Shown here piece after piece: positions 1-8,678 of a DNA stretch of 64,000 nucleotides. The notes beneath the pieces were generated by a model that did no database searches, was not told where the DNA came from, and saw only the letters and a list, made by a program, of their open reading frames with translations. How positions within the stretch are numbered: the stretch's first letter is position 1; each line of letters starts with the position of its first letter. The translations under genes and the position numbers were made by a program. Source of the DNA: Clostridia bacterium (GTDB lineage Bacteria > Bacillota > Clostridia > Oscillospirales > Acutalibacteraceae); assembly GCA_017451425.1 (NCBI GenBank), contig JAFSPP010000011.1, forward strand, positions 26,510 through 90,509, given 5' to 3'.

Positions 1-239
1 AGGAAGGCAAAATGAAGGGAATACCTTCCGGTATAAGTTATACAAGAGAGGTGTTTCCCAAGAGAGTATTTGACAGTATAACTTGGGTTGATTTTGCCGG
101 TGAGAGATTTCCGATTCTCGCTGACTATAATTTATATCTCAGTAATCTGTATGGCGAAAATTATATGCAATTGCCGCCTGAAAATAATCGGGAAAAACAT
201 CTCTTGTACAAGTTGTCATTCCCGGAATCTTGTGATTAA
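1..239 (+). CDS. LicD-family (phosphocholine/phospho-alditol transferase) protein, C-terminal fragment; the 5' end lies outside the window
   Basis: The frame is open from the window edge to TAA at 237-239. The tail FPILADYNLYLSNLYGENYMQLPPENNREKH matches the LicD C-terminal Y-L-x3-Y-G-x-Y-M-x-L-P-P block as I recall it. Confidence 0.55.
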   Translation, partial: EGKMKGIPSGISYTREVFPKRVFDSITWVDFAGERFPILADYNLYLSNLYGENYMQLPPENNREKHLLYKLSFPESCD

Positions 240-251
240 TCAGGAATCATT

Positions 252-1508
252 ATGTCGGACAAAAAATTATCTTTTTCCCAAAACTCTGCCTATAACACAA
301 TTGGTATTTTAATCAACAATTTTTGTCTTTGGCTTACAACACTTGCTGTTGTACGGCTTAGTCCCGATTATGCAAATGCAGGTGTCTGGCAACTCTCTAT
401 AAGTGTCATAAATATTTTTTCGACTCTGGCAGCTTTTAATCTGATGCAATACTATGTTTCGGATGTTAACAATGAGCATCAGCTTGAAGATTATTTAGGC
501 ACTCAACTTATAACTTGCATCAGTGCGTCGCTGATATGCGTGGCATATTCAACCATCTGCGGATACAGAGGAGCACAGTTTTTCTGTATTTGCGCATACA
601 TGCTTGTTAGGGTGATAGAGGTTATTGCCGGATTCATGTTCGGAATCGATCAGCGTAATTACCGTATGGACTTTGTAGGAATATCATACGCGCTGCGCGG
701 CATACTTGAGTTGGTTCTGTTCTCGCTTGTGCTCTATACGACGAAGAACATTGTCTTTGCTGTTCTTTCTATGGCGATTGCAGCATTGACACTCCTTGTT
801 TTCTATGATATTCCAAATGCAAAACGCTTTGGAAAAATAAGCGTTTCTATTTCAGGGGAGAAGGTAAAATCGATAGTATTGAAATGTACTCGTTCAGTTC
901 TTGCTATTTCAATATTCATTGCCGTTTCAACAATACCGAGACAGTTCCTTGAAAAAATGTATAATTCCGAAGCGATAGGCTATTATTCAACAATTGCTGC
1001 GCCTATAGTTGTTATACAGGTGATAGTTATAAATGTATTTTTGCCTTTGCTTCGCGATGTTGCTGAGTACTATAAAAACGGCAATTTTGAAAAATTGAAA
1101 ACAATTGCTTTGAAAATAATTGCCACCCTCATAGGACTTGCGGTTTTGGGAAATCTAGGAGCGGTGGTCTTGGGAAAGCCGGTATATGGTCTGCTTTACG
1201 GACAGGGCATAAGGGATTATTGCTATCTCATTTATGCTGTTATAGGTTGTGTAATACTTTATGCTGCCTGCTGGGCCTGCTGGACTACACTCATTGCCAT
1301 CAGAAAGACCAATCTTATGATTTGGTTTTCCGCGATTTCACTTTTGACTGTAATTGTTTTCGGACGACCTATGATTAACCATTTCGGATTAAACGGTGTA
1401 AGTTTTGTTACCATAATTGCTTACGGCATTTATCTGGTCCTAAGTGTATTTTTTATTCTGTACAATGTGAAAAAACAAAAGGAAAGCTTCAATGGAACAG
1501 GAGACTAA
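252..1508 (+). CDS. Wzx-like polysaccharide/oligosaccharide flippase (MOP superfamily), polytopic membrane protein
   Basis: 418 aa and almost entirely hydrophobic helices (about 12 TM). The size and layout are typical of 'polysaccharide biosynthesis protein' flippases. Its 3' end overlaps the next gene by 17 nt. Confidence 0.5.
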   Translation: MSDKKLSFSQNSAYNTIGILINNFCLWLTTLAVVRLSPDYANAGVWQLSISVINIFSTLAAFNLMQYYVSDVNNEHQLEDYLGTQLITCISASLICVAYSTICGYRGAQFFCICAYMLVRVIEVIAGFMFGIDQRNYRMDFVGISYALRGILELVLFSLVLYTTKNIVFAVLSMAIAALTLLVFYDIPNAKRFGKISVSISGEKVKSIVLKCTRSVLAISIFIAVSTIPRQFLEKMYNSEAIGYYSTIAAPIVVIQVIVINVFLPLLRDVAEYYKNGNFEKLKTIALKIIATLIGLAVLGNLGAVVLGKPVYGLLYGQGIRDYCYLIYAVIGCVILYAACWACWTTLIAIRKTNLMIWFSAISLLTVIVFGRPMINHFGLNGVSFVTIIAYGIYLVLSVFFILYNVKKQKESFNGTGD

Positions 1509-3594
1509 GCGCAGACAACTTTACAGGGAAATAATGATTCTGCTTATCATCATGATGATAGGCACTCTTTTACGTCTGCCTATAGGTAATTTTTCTGATG
1601 CAGATGTAAAAATGCTTAATGATCCGGATTCTTATTATTACGCCCGCAAAGCTGTGGAATACTATAACCAACCTGTTTCGGATTGGTCACTTTTCTCAAG
1701 TCGTGCTGACGATCCGTTAATGACTGCAAATCATATTGACGATACTGAACCTACCCCTATGCTTATGCCGATTATTGCAGCGCTGATTTGTAAGATTTTC
1801 AGTTTTCTCTCAATTGATTATGTTATCTATTATGGCATGACTTTATTTTCCGTGCTGGCCGCGATTCCCGTGTTCCTTTTTATAAAGAGTCATTCAACAT
1901 CATTCGGTGGTTTCTTGGGCGCTGCACTTACAGTTCTGTCGTTTTCCTATTTTATTCACACAAAATACGGATACTTTGATACTGACGGCATGATTCTGGT
2001 TATCGCATTGTCATTTATGCTGTCGCATATTGAGTTTCTGATACAGCCGGATAAAAAACAAAAAATAACATTTGCAGTGCTTAGCATCATATTTCTCGTC
2101 CTGTTTTCCTTAACCTGGAATATGTACTTTGTGTATGCTGCAATTGCACTTATTTTGCTCGCGGTAATTACGGTATATAAGATTATCCGAAAAGAGAAAG
2201 AAAACTATTCGATTGTCGCGATATATTCTGTTTGTGTGTTGCTGATTTGTTTCGGCATAAGCAGGAAACATATTGTTTCAATGTTTTTCAGCATTGTATC
2301 AAAGCCTGAAACTGTCGGGTGGCCTTTACCGGGCAAGTTCATAAGTGAACTTTCAGTACCTTCATTGATTTCTGATGGCCCGAATACGGGATTTATCATC
2401 GCAAATACCGGAATACTAAATTTTTCCGGCGGTTATGCCTTGTTTTTTGCGCTTCTGATCTCTATTGCTCTATTTATTTATGAACTCGTGCAGAAATGTA
2501 TAAAACAAAATGCAACATGTGAATACAACTTTTCTCTGGCAATAACGTTGATTGTCTGGTTGATTATATCGTTTTTACTTACCTTGAGGGGAATAAGATA
2601 TGTTCAGCTCTTTGTGCTTCCGTTAAGCGTTTTTGTTGCCTACAGTTTTGCCGTTGTAATAAAGGAATTCGGCAAAAAGAGCCTGACCGGTTTAAAAAAA
2701 GACTTCCTTGTAATAATAATTGCTGCGCTAACTTTTGGTGGGTTGATACTTGTAAATCTTTATGTTGCTGTGGCCATCACTTTAGCAATTACGTTCGTTG
2801 GCCTTTTTGAGCGAAAAGTAGCCATTAAATACGGTGTATATATGCTGTTATTATCACTGTTCTCAGCCTTGATATGCAATTGCTATTATGTAACCATCAC
2901 TACTAAACGTTATGTAGACGATGATTTGTGCGAGGTAACGGAATATCTGGCTTACAATTCACCTGAAAACAGTATGGTTGTTTCCTGGTGGGATTACGGA
3001 TACTACTTTGAATATGCTGCGCAAAGGCAAGTGGCTGCTGATGGAGGTACTTTCAGTGGCGAAGCGTTTTATTGGCTGGCAAACATATTTGTGACAGATA
3101 ATCCGCAGCTTTCAAAAGGCATATGCAATATGTTGGCAGGGGGAAGTATTGATGCTTCTGAACTTTCCGGAGAATATGCCGGTTCTGCAGATGCCGGAGC
3201 GCAGATGCTTAAAGATATCCTGGTTATGAATAAATATGACGCGGCTGCATGTCTTAAAGAAAAGCACGGTTTGAATGAGGATGAAATAGATAAACTGATA
3301 AGTCGCTCGCATCCTTCTGAAACAAAACCGGTTTACATAGTGCTTTCAGATAAAATGATGTGTGATTCGTCCATCATTGCATATTACGGACTTTGGAATT
3401 TCAAAGATGATATAATACTGAGTTTTGATGATGACTTTGATTATAAAAAGGATACAAGTTACTATCCTGCGGAAATCAGGGATTCAATTATGCTGAAACT
3501 ATATTTCGGCGATTTGCCGGATGGATTTTCAGAAGTGTTTTCGAATGAAACTTTTAAGATTTTTGCTTTGGACACAAAACTTGCAGGTGAATGA
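1492..3594 (+). CDS. GT-C fold glycosyltransferase resembling STT3/AglB/PglB oligosaccharyltransferases
   Basis: 700 aa, with a many-TM N-terminal region and a soluble C-terminal domain of about 200 aa. A literal WWDYG motif lies at nt 2986-3000. The acidic loop motif NDPDSYYYAR (nt 1621-1641) follows TM1, where the STT3-family catalytic DxD/EL1 motif sits. Confidence 0.6.
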   Translation: MEQETKRRQLYREIMILLIIMMIGTLLRLPIGNFSDADVKMLNDPDSYYYARKAVEYYNQPVSDWSLFSSRADDPLMTANHIDDTEPTPMLMPIIAALICKIFSFLSIDYVIYYGMTLFSVLAAIPVFLFIKSHSTSFGGFLGAALTVLSFSYFIHTKYGYFDTDGMILVIALSFMLSHIEFLIQPDKKQKITFAVLSIIFLVLFSLTWNMYFVYAAIALILLAVITVYKIIRKEKENYSIVAIYSVCVLLICFGISRKHIVSMFFSIVSKPETVGWPLPGKFISELSVPSLISDGPNTGFIIANTGILNFSGGYALFFALLISIALFIYELVQKCIKQNATCEYNFSLAITLIVWLIISFLLTLRGIRYVQLFVLPLSVFVAYSFAVVIKEFGKKSLTGLKKDFLVIIIAALTFGGLILVNLYVAVAITLAITFVGLFERKVAIKYGVYMLLLSLFSALICNCYYVTITTKRYVDDDLCEVTEYLAYNSPENSMVVSWWDYGYYFEYAAQRQVAADGGTFSGEAFYWLANIFVTDNPQLSKGICNMLAGGSIDASELSGEYAGSADAGAQMLKDILVMNKYDAAACLKEKHGLNEDEIDKLISRSHPSETKPVYIVLSDKMMCDSSIIAYYGLWNFKDDIILSFDDDFDYKKDTSYYPAEIRDSIMLKLYFGDLPDGFSEVFSNETFKIFALDTKLAGE

Positions 3595-4871
3595 CAATAA
3601 TGAGTAAAACTGACGGTCTGATTCTAAACAGAATTTTTGCTATGCCCGATGAAAAACTTATCAGGTTTTGTTTTGCTGCCGTGATTATCTGGATAATCTC
3701 ACCTATAGCGGCTCTGCTCTCAAATCTGTTGGGAATTGACGGGTATAATTTTTGCGGTGTCTGGCTGACATTTTTGTATGTTTCCGGAGCCCTGGGCCTT
3801 ATTTTCGGCGGACTGTTTCTTTTCAAAATGTATTCGTTTTCAGACGCGGAACTCAGGGCTAAACTGATGCTGTCAGAACCACTTATATTAGTCGGAACGG
3901 TCTTTTTATGGGCTGTGTTCTGCACGCTGTTCGCAGGTGAAAAAACGATAGCCATTTACGGATATGAAAAGTTTCATGATAATCTGTTTGTCTATTTGTT
4001 TTATGGCGGTATGATTACTGCAGGAATTGCGGTAAAGAATTCTGAAAAGTATCTTTTGAAATCTGCAGAGGCTTTTTTATGTGTTGCCGCATCTTTGTCG
4101 TTTGTTTCGCTTGTAAATAACGGTGTTACTAATAAACTTTGCAGAAATTCCCTTACGGAAACCGATGGGCATGAGGCTGTGTTTTTTGATACTGAACATT
4201 TTGCCATGTACCTTGTTATGGCAATTATTGTTTGCGCATTTCTGGTTTTGCGGCTTTCAAAAACCGGTGGGCGGATTATTGTTTTATTTGCTCTTGGTCT
4301 GATGGTTGCCGCTTTGGCTTTTACTGGCAGTCTTGCAGGGCTCATTGCACTGGCTTTGGTTTCATTATTTACAATTCTGCGGTATAACAAACTGCCGGCA
4401 AGCAGTTTAAAAGTTCTGCTTTTGGAATTGTCAGTATGTCTTGTTGTATATATACTGATTGTGTCGGTATTTAAGGTCGTTCCCGCATTTCCCGAGAATA
4501 TGCTGGTGTTTTGGCGTAACACTCTTAAAAAGGTCGGAGAAAATGCAGTTGTAGGTATCGGACCGCAGAATACATTGGGATATGCTTATAATGTGTATCT
4601 GAAAATCTGCCTTTATCTCGGTGTGCCGGGATTATTGCTTTATCTTGCGGCCTTCATTACTGCGGCACGAGAACTTATTTCTCAAAATATGAAAATGCCG
4701 CTTTATGCTGTTGCGGCGGTTATGACGGCAATCGGATATGTGATTTTTGCCTTTTTCGGTTCAACAATGTTTTATACCGCACCATATTTCTATATTGTTA
4801 TTGGCATTATCTTCGGAAAATGCCTGGAACCATTAGGAAAAACGGTAAAAGTGAATTGTGACAAAAATTGA
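3591..4871 (+). CDS. Polytopic membrane protein, O-antigen ligase/polymerase-like (Wzy_C-like)
   Basis: 426 aa with about 10-12 TM helices. The late segment GIGPQNTLGYAYNVYLKICLYLGVPGLLLYL resembles the Wzy_C block (G-x-G...H-N-x-Y-L...E-x-G), but the His and Glu are replaced. An ATGA start/stop overlap links it to the upstream gene. Confidence 0.4.
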   Translation: MTIMSKTDGLILNRIFAMPDEKLIRFCFAAVIIWIISPIAALLSNLLGIDGYNFCGVWLTFLYVSGALGLIFGGLFLFKMYSFSDAELRAKLMLSEPLILVGTVFLWAVFCTLFAGEKTIAIYGYEKFHDNLFVYLFYGGMITAGIAVKNSEKYLLKSAEAFLCVAASLSFVSLVNNGVTNKLCRNSLTETDGHEAVFFDTEHFAMYLVMAIIVCAFLVLRLSKTGGRIIVLFALGLMVAALAFTGSLAGLIALALVSLFTILRYNKLPASSLKVLLLELSVCLVVYILIVSVFKVVPAFPENMLVFWRNTLKKVGENAVVGIGPQNTLGYAYNVYLKICLYLGVPGLLLYLAAFITAARELISQNMKMPLYAVAAVMTAIGYVIFAFFGSTMFYTAPYFYIVIGIIFGKCLEPLGKTVKVNCDKN

Positions 4872-4880
4872 AAAAAATAC

Positions 4881-4909
4881 TTGAAATCTTTTTATATATA
4901 TTGTATTAT
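4881..4909 (+). promoter_or_regulatory. Putative sigma-A promoter for the pilin gene
   Basis: TTGAAA (4881-4886), a 17-nt spacer, then TATTAT (4904-4909). It lies about 135 nt upstream of the pilin start. Confidence 0.4.
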
Positions 4910-5043
4910 TTTTTTGATGCCAAAGCACATTTTGGTGTTGTTTAAGGACTTTAGCTTGTGAGGCACAGCACGAGCACTTAAAATAAAGGCATTGTTTAAA
5001 TTTCGTTAAAACAATATTTTTATTTTGAAGGGAGTTTTTTCAA

Positions 5044-5424
5044 ATGAGAAAGCTTAACAAAAAGGGTTTCACACTCGTTGAAATCGTAATCGTAATCGTT
5101 ATCATCGCTATTCTTGCTGCTATGCTTGTTCCCGCTCTTACACAGTGGATCAAGAAGTCTAAGATTAAGACTTTCACATCTGCTTGCGCAACAATCAAGA
5201 CAGCTGTTTGGGCTCAGGCTGCTGAGTCTTATGGCACAGATGGTACCGTAAAGGTTGACTGGTCAACAGTTTCTGCTGACGTTGGTAAGGAAGTTACTAA
5301 TGGTACAGGCGGCGTTTATCAGGTAACATCTTTCAACTTCCAGAACGATAACATCACCGTTACAGATAAGGCCTTCCAGGGCGTATGGACCGGTGATACT
5401 TGGAACGTTACTGAGAAGAGCTAA
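5044..5424 (+). CDS. pilA: Type IV (major) pilin with a prepilin N-terminal cleavage/methylation signal
   Basis: The N-terminus MRKLNKKG|FTLVEIVIVIVIIAILAAMLVP has a class III signal peptide: Gly-1, Phe+1, Glu+5 and a hydrophobic helix. RBS GAAGGGAG lies upstream and a strong terminator lies downstream. Confidence 0.85.
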   Translation: MRKLNKKGFTLVEIVIVIVIIAILAAMLVPALTQWIKKSKIKTFTSACATIKTAVWAQAAESYGTDGTVKVDWSTVSADVGKEVTNGTGGVYQVTSFNFQNDNITVTDKAFQGVWTGDTWNVTEKS

Positions 5425-5458
5425 TTTAGCTTTAACGTTTTAACCTAAAAAACTTTTT

Positions 5459-5498
5459 GAGCCTCGTGCTATTGTGCCAACAGCGCGAGGCTCTTTTA
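5459..5498 (+). terminator. Rho-independent terminator after the pilin gene
   Basis: GAGCCTCG(TGC) at 5459-5469 pairs with (GCG)CGAGGCTC at 5483-5493, followed by TTTT. Confidence 0.6.
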
Positions 5499-5542
5499 AG
5501 TAAGAAGTGACTTTTGTCACAGTGCTGAAAAGGGGATAAACA

Positions 5543-6376
5543 ATGCCTGAAAAAGTCGCTGTAGGTCTGTTTTTGTTCCTGCTCTTTATGTTCGGAGCAT
5601 GCATAGGCAGTTTCTGTAATGTTGTTGCCATGCGCGTGCCGCTCAAAGAGAGCTTTACAAAAGGCAGGTCTCATTGTCCGAAGTGTAAGCATGATCTTAA
5701 TGCTTTGGACCTCATACCTTTTTTCAGTTGGATATTCTTACGCGGCAAGTGCCGTTATTGTAAAGAGAAGATCTCATTCCGGTATCCGTTTACGGAACTG
5801 GTGGGAGGTCTTGCCGCACTGTTTTCACTGTGGCAGCTGGGCGTTACTGTTAATGCTCTGGTTCTTTTTTATATTATTATGGTACTTGTAACCTTATCAA
5901 TGATTGATTTGGAGACCATGGAAATACCAGACGGTTTCCATATTGCAATCCTTGTGGCTGCAATTCTCAGCTATTGGTTTGGTCCGACATTTGGGATTAT
6001 GGATCCCGGTATTGTTTCCCGTGTAATAGGTTTCTTCGTTGTAAGTGTGCCTATGTATATTTTGGCAATGCTTACCGGAGGCTTCGGCGGGGGAGACATT
6101 AAACTTATGGCCGTTGCAGGCCTTCTGCTTGGCTGGAAAGCAACTCTCGTTGCATTTATGGTCGGTATATTTGCGGCAGCTTTTTACTGCATATATATTG
6201 TCATTTATGCTGCGGTTGCTGTTGCAAGAAAGAAAGCAGATTCTTTCAAGGATGGAATGCATTCTGCCATGAAAAGGCAGTTTGCGTTTGGACCTTATCT
6301 GAGTGTGGGTATTGTTGTTGCGTATCTGTACTCAGAACAACTTATTTCGTTTTATTGGGGAATGTTTCTGAAGTAA
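5543..6376 (+). CDS. pilD: Prepilin peptidase / N-methyltransferase (A24 family)
   Basis: Contains CPKC...CRYC zinc-knuckle-like cysteines, the segment LIPFFSWIFLRGKCRYCKEKISFRYPFTEL, and the two catalytic Asp contexts (DLETMEIPDG and GGGDIKLM). Confidence 0.9.
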   Translation: MPEKVAVGLFLFLLFMFGACIGSFCNVVAMRVPLKESFTKGRSHCPKCKHDLNALDLIPFFSWIFLRGKCRYCKEKISFRYPFTELVGGLAALFSLWQLGVTVNALVLFYIIMVLVTLSMIDLETMEIPDGFHIAILVAAILSYWFGPTFGIMDPGIVSRVIGFFVVSVPMYILAMLTGGFGGGDIKLMAVAGLLLGWKATLVAFMVGIFAAAFYCIYIVIYAAVAVARKKADSFKDGMHSAMKRQFAFGPYLSVGIVVAYLYSEQLISFYWGMFLK

Positions 6377-6524
6377 GCAAACGTTTCAGAACGCCCTGAT
6401 CGGCATTCCGTGCCCTGAAAACAGGGCTTTGTGGAATGTTTGCTTACCAAGCATTTCTTGGCAAAGTATTTTTTGCGCGTTTTTTTATTACGCGCGCGCA
6501 TATTTTAAGTAAAGGAGTGGTAAC

Positions 6525-7739
6525 GTGCCCGTATACAGTTACAATGCCGTAACTCTTGATGGCAAAAAGAAGAGCGGCACTCTCGAGGCAGACAACCCTC
6601 AGAAACTTGCGGAACGTCTCCGTGACATGGACCTCTACGTTTCGGATTTCAAGGTCAAGGGCGGATCAAAGACTCTGACTAAGTCTAAACTTAAAGCAAC
6701 AGACCTCTCCGATATGTGCCGTCAGATTGGTACGATGGTAGGTTCCGGTGTCGTAATCGCACGTGCGGTTGATATTATCCGCAGCCGTCAGGGTATCAAC
6801 CCGAAAATCAAGGAGATATACGACGGCCTTTATAATTCACTCAGACAGGGTATGTCTCTCTCTGAGGCGATGGCAGATCAGGGTAATACTTTCCCGAAGA
6901 TGCTCATCAACATGATTATTGCCGGTGAGTCTTCCGGTACCATGGACCAGACTCTTATGAGAATGGCTGAGCACTATGACAAGGAAGAGCGTCTGAACTC
7001 GCAGATTAAGAGTGCCACAACTTATCCGAAGATTTTGATTGTAATTATCGTTGCGGTAATTATCATCCTCTTCGCTGTTGTACTTCCTACATTCTTCGAA
7101 ACATACAAGGAAATGGATATGGAACTTCCGACTGTAACTAAGATTATGGTTGGTCTTTCCGATTTCATTACAAAGAAGTGGTATATTTACATTCCGGTTG
7201 TTGTTGCTATATTCTTCGGTTGGCGTATTGCCAATGCAAATCCGGATTTCGTTCTTTGGAAGGATACAACTAAGGTTCACCTTCCCAAGATAGGTCCTCT
7301 TATGAGAATTATCTACACAGCCCGTTTTGCAAGAACAATTGCTTCACTTTATGCTTCGGGTATTCCGCTTGTTGACTGTCTTACAATCGCTGCCGGTACA
7401 GTAGGCAATACCTACATTGAAAAACAGGTTGTTGAATGTATTAAGGATGTTAAAGGCGGTGCGGCAGTTTCGGAAGTCATACGTACTATTGACGGTTTTG
7501 ACTCAAAACTTTCTGCGACTATCCTCATCGGTGAGGAGACCGGTAAGCTGGATGAGATGCTTCTTTCTACAGCTGACCAGTTCGAGTACGAATCTGAGCA
7601 GGCCACAGGACGTCTTACAGCTCTGATTGAGCCGGTAATGCTCGTTGTAATGGCCGGTCTTGTCGGTTCAGTACTTATCGGCGTTATCGTACCCATGTAC
7701 GGTATGTATGAGGGTATCGACGCCAACGCCGGCGTTTAA
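6525..7739 (+). CDS. pilC: Type IV pilus platform protein (GspF/PilC family)
   Basis: 404 aa. It has the duplicated T2SS-F architecture (two cytoplasmic helical domains and 3 TM) and a typical C-terminal EPVMLVVMAGLVG segment. GTG start after AAAGGAG. Confidence 0.9.
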   Translation: MPVYSYNAVTLDGKKKSGTLEADNPQKLAERLRDMDLYVSDFKVKGGSKTLTKSKLKATDLSDMCRQIGTMVGSGVVIARAVDIIRSRQGINPKIKEIYDGLYNSLRQGMSLSEAMADQGNTFPKMLINMIIAGESSGTMDQTLMRMAEHYDKEERLNSQIKSATTYPKILIVIIVAVIIILFAVVLPTFFETYKEMDMELPTVTKIMVGLSDFITKKWYIYIPVVVAIFFGWRIANANPDFVLWKDTTKVHLPKIGPLMRIIYTARFARTIASLYASGIPLVDCLTIAAGTVGNTYIEKQVVECIKDVKGGAAVSEVIRTIDGFDSKLSATILIGEETGKLDEMLLSTADQFEYESEQATGRLTALIEPVMLVVMAGLVGSVLIGVIVPMYGMYEGIDANAGV

Positions 7740-7766
7740 TAATAAAGGAGGGAAAGAAAGAGTATT

Positions 7767-8660
7767 ATGATTACTTCCGTTTATGTTTCAAACGAAAAAA
7801 TACAGGTACTCACAGGCGAGAAGGATAAAAAGAATCGCCTGGATGTAAAAGCGGTTATGTACGCTACGCTTCCCGAAAAGGCCATGGCTAACGGTGTCAT
7901 TACCGACGAGCTTGGCGTGAAGGAAGCCGTTCAGAAGATCTGGGATAAGTACAATCTTCCGAAGAAGGACGTACATCTCGTTATTGACTCCGGCACAATC
8001 CTCAACAAGAAGGTTGCTTGCCCGGTAGTTCCGAAGGAGTCACTTCCGAATATCGTAAAAGATGAATTCAAAGATGTTGAAGGTTTTGCAAACTTCCTTT
8101 TCGACTACACTGTAATTGAAGACGGCCGCAATGGTGAGCCTCTGCTCTTCGCTAACGCTGTAGGTAAGGAACTTGTTTCTGCTTACGTTCGCGTTTTCAA
8201 CGGCCTTGGAATTTCAATCTCGAGAATCAACACAGGCATAAATGCTGAGATGGCTCTCATCGCAGCAAACCCTGCAACAGCTCATGACACACAGATCGTG
8301 GTCAACCTTGACCCGACAAGCCTTACATCAGTTCTTTACATCGATGGTAAGTACAGCTTCGCAAGCCGCAGCCGTCTCATCGAGGCCAGAGGTTCTGAGG
8401 CTTCACGTATGGAAATCGTTCGTGCACTTTCTTCACTCATTCAGTTCGCACGTTCCGAGAACTCCCAGAAGCCCGTTAAGGCAGTATACGTTTGCGGTAT
8501 GGTAGAGTCCGAAGCAGACCTTTGCCCGAAGATTTCGGCAATGCTCGGCTGCCCGGTATCAACTCTTCCCGCATGTGACAACATTACTTGCACTAAAGAC
8601 AGGAATAAGGCAGCTTTCCTTATGGCTGACTACACCTATGCTTTAGGCAATATGCTTTAA
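7767..8660 (+). CDS. pilM: PilM-like actin-fold pilus assembly protein
   Basis: 297 aa and soluble. The position directly after pilC and the overall pattern (N-terminal beta-strand start, ...LPxxxxxNGVIxD..., ...VxLVIDSG...) are typical of PilM. Confidence 0.65.
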   Translation: MITSVYVSNEKIQVLTGEKDKKNRLDVKAVMYATLPEKAMANGVITDELGVKEAVQKIWDKYNLPKKDVHLVIDSGTILNKKVACPVVPKESLPNIVKDEFKDVEGFANFLFDYTVIEDGRNGEPLLFANAVGKELVSAYVRVFNGLGISISRINTGINAEMALIAANPATAHDTQIVVNLDPTSLTSVLYIDGKYSFASRSRLIEARGSEASRMEIVRALSSLIQFARSENSQKPVKAVYVCGMVESEADLCPKISAMLGCPVSTLPACDNITCTKDRNKAAFLMADYTYALGNML

Positions 8661-8678
8661 GAAAGGAGCGTGTGATAT

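Noticed and set aside
3554-4522. Minus-strand ORFs of 133 and 173 aa inside the Wzy_C-like gene.
   Set aside because: They are antisense to a coherent 12-TM membrane protein that is translationally coupled to its neighbour. Their products are not protein-like, and they have no expression signals.
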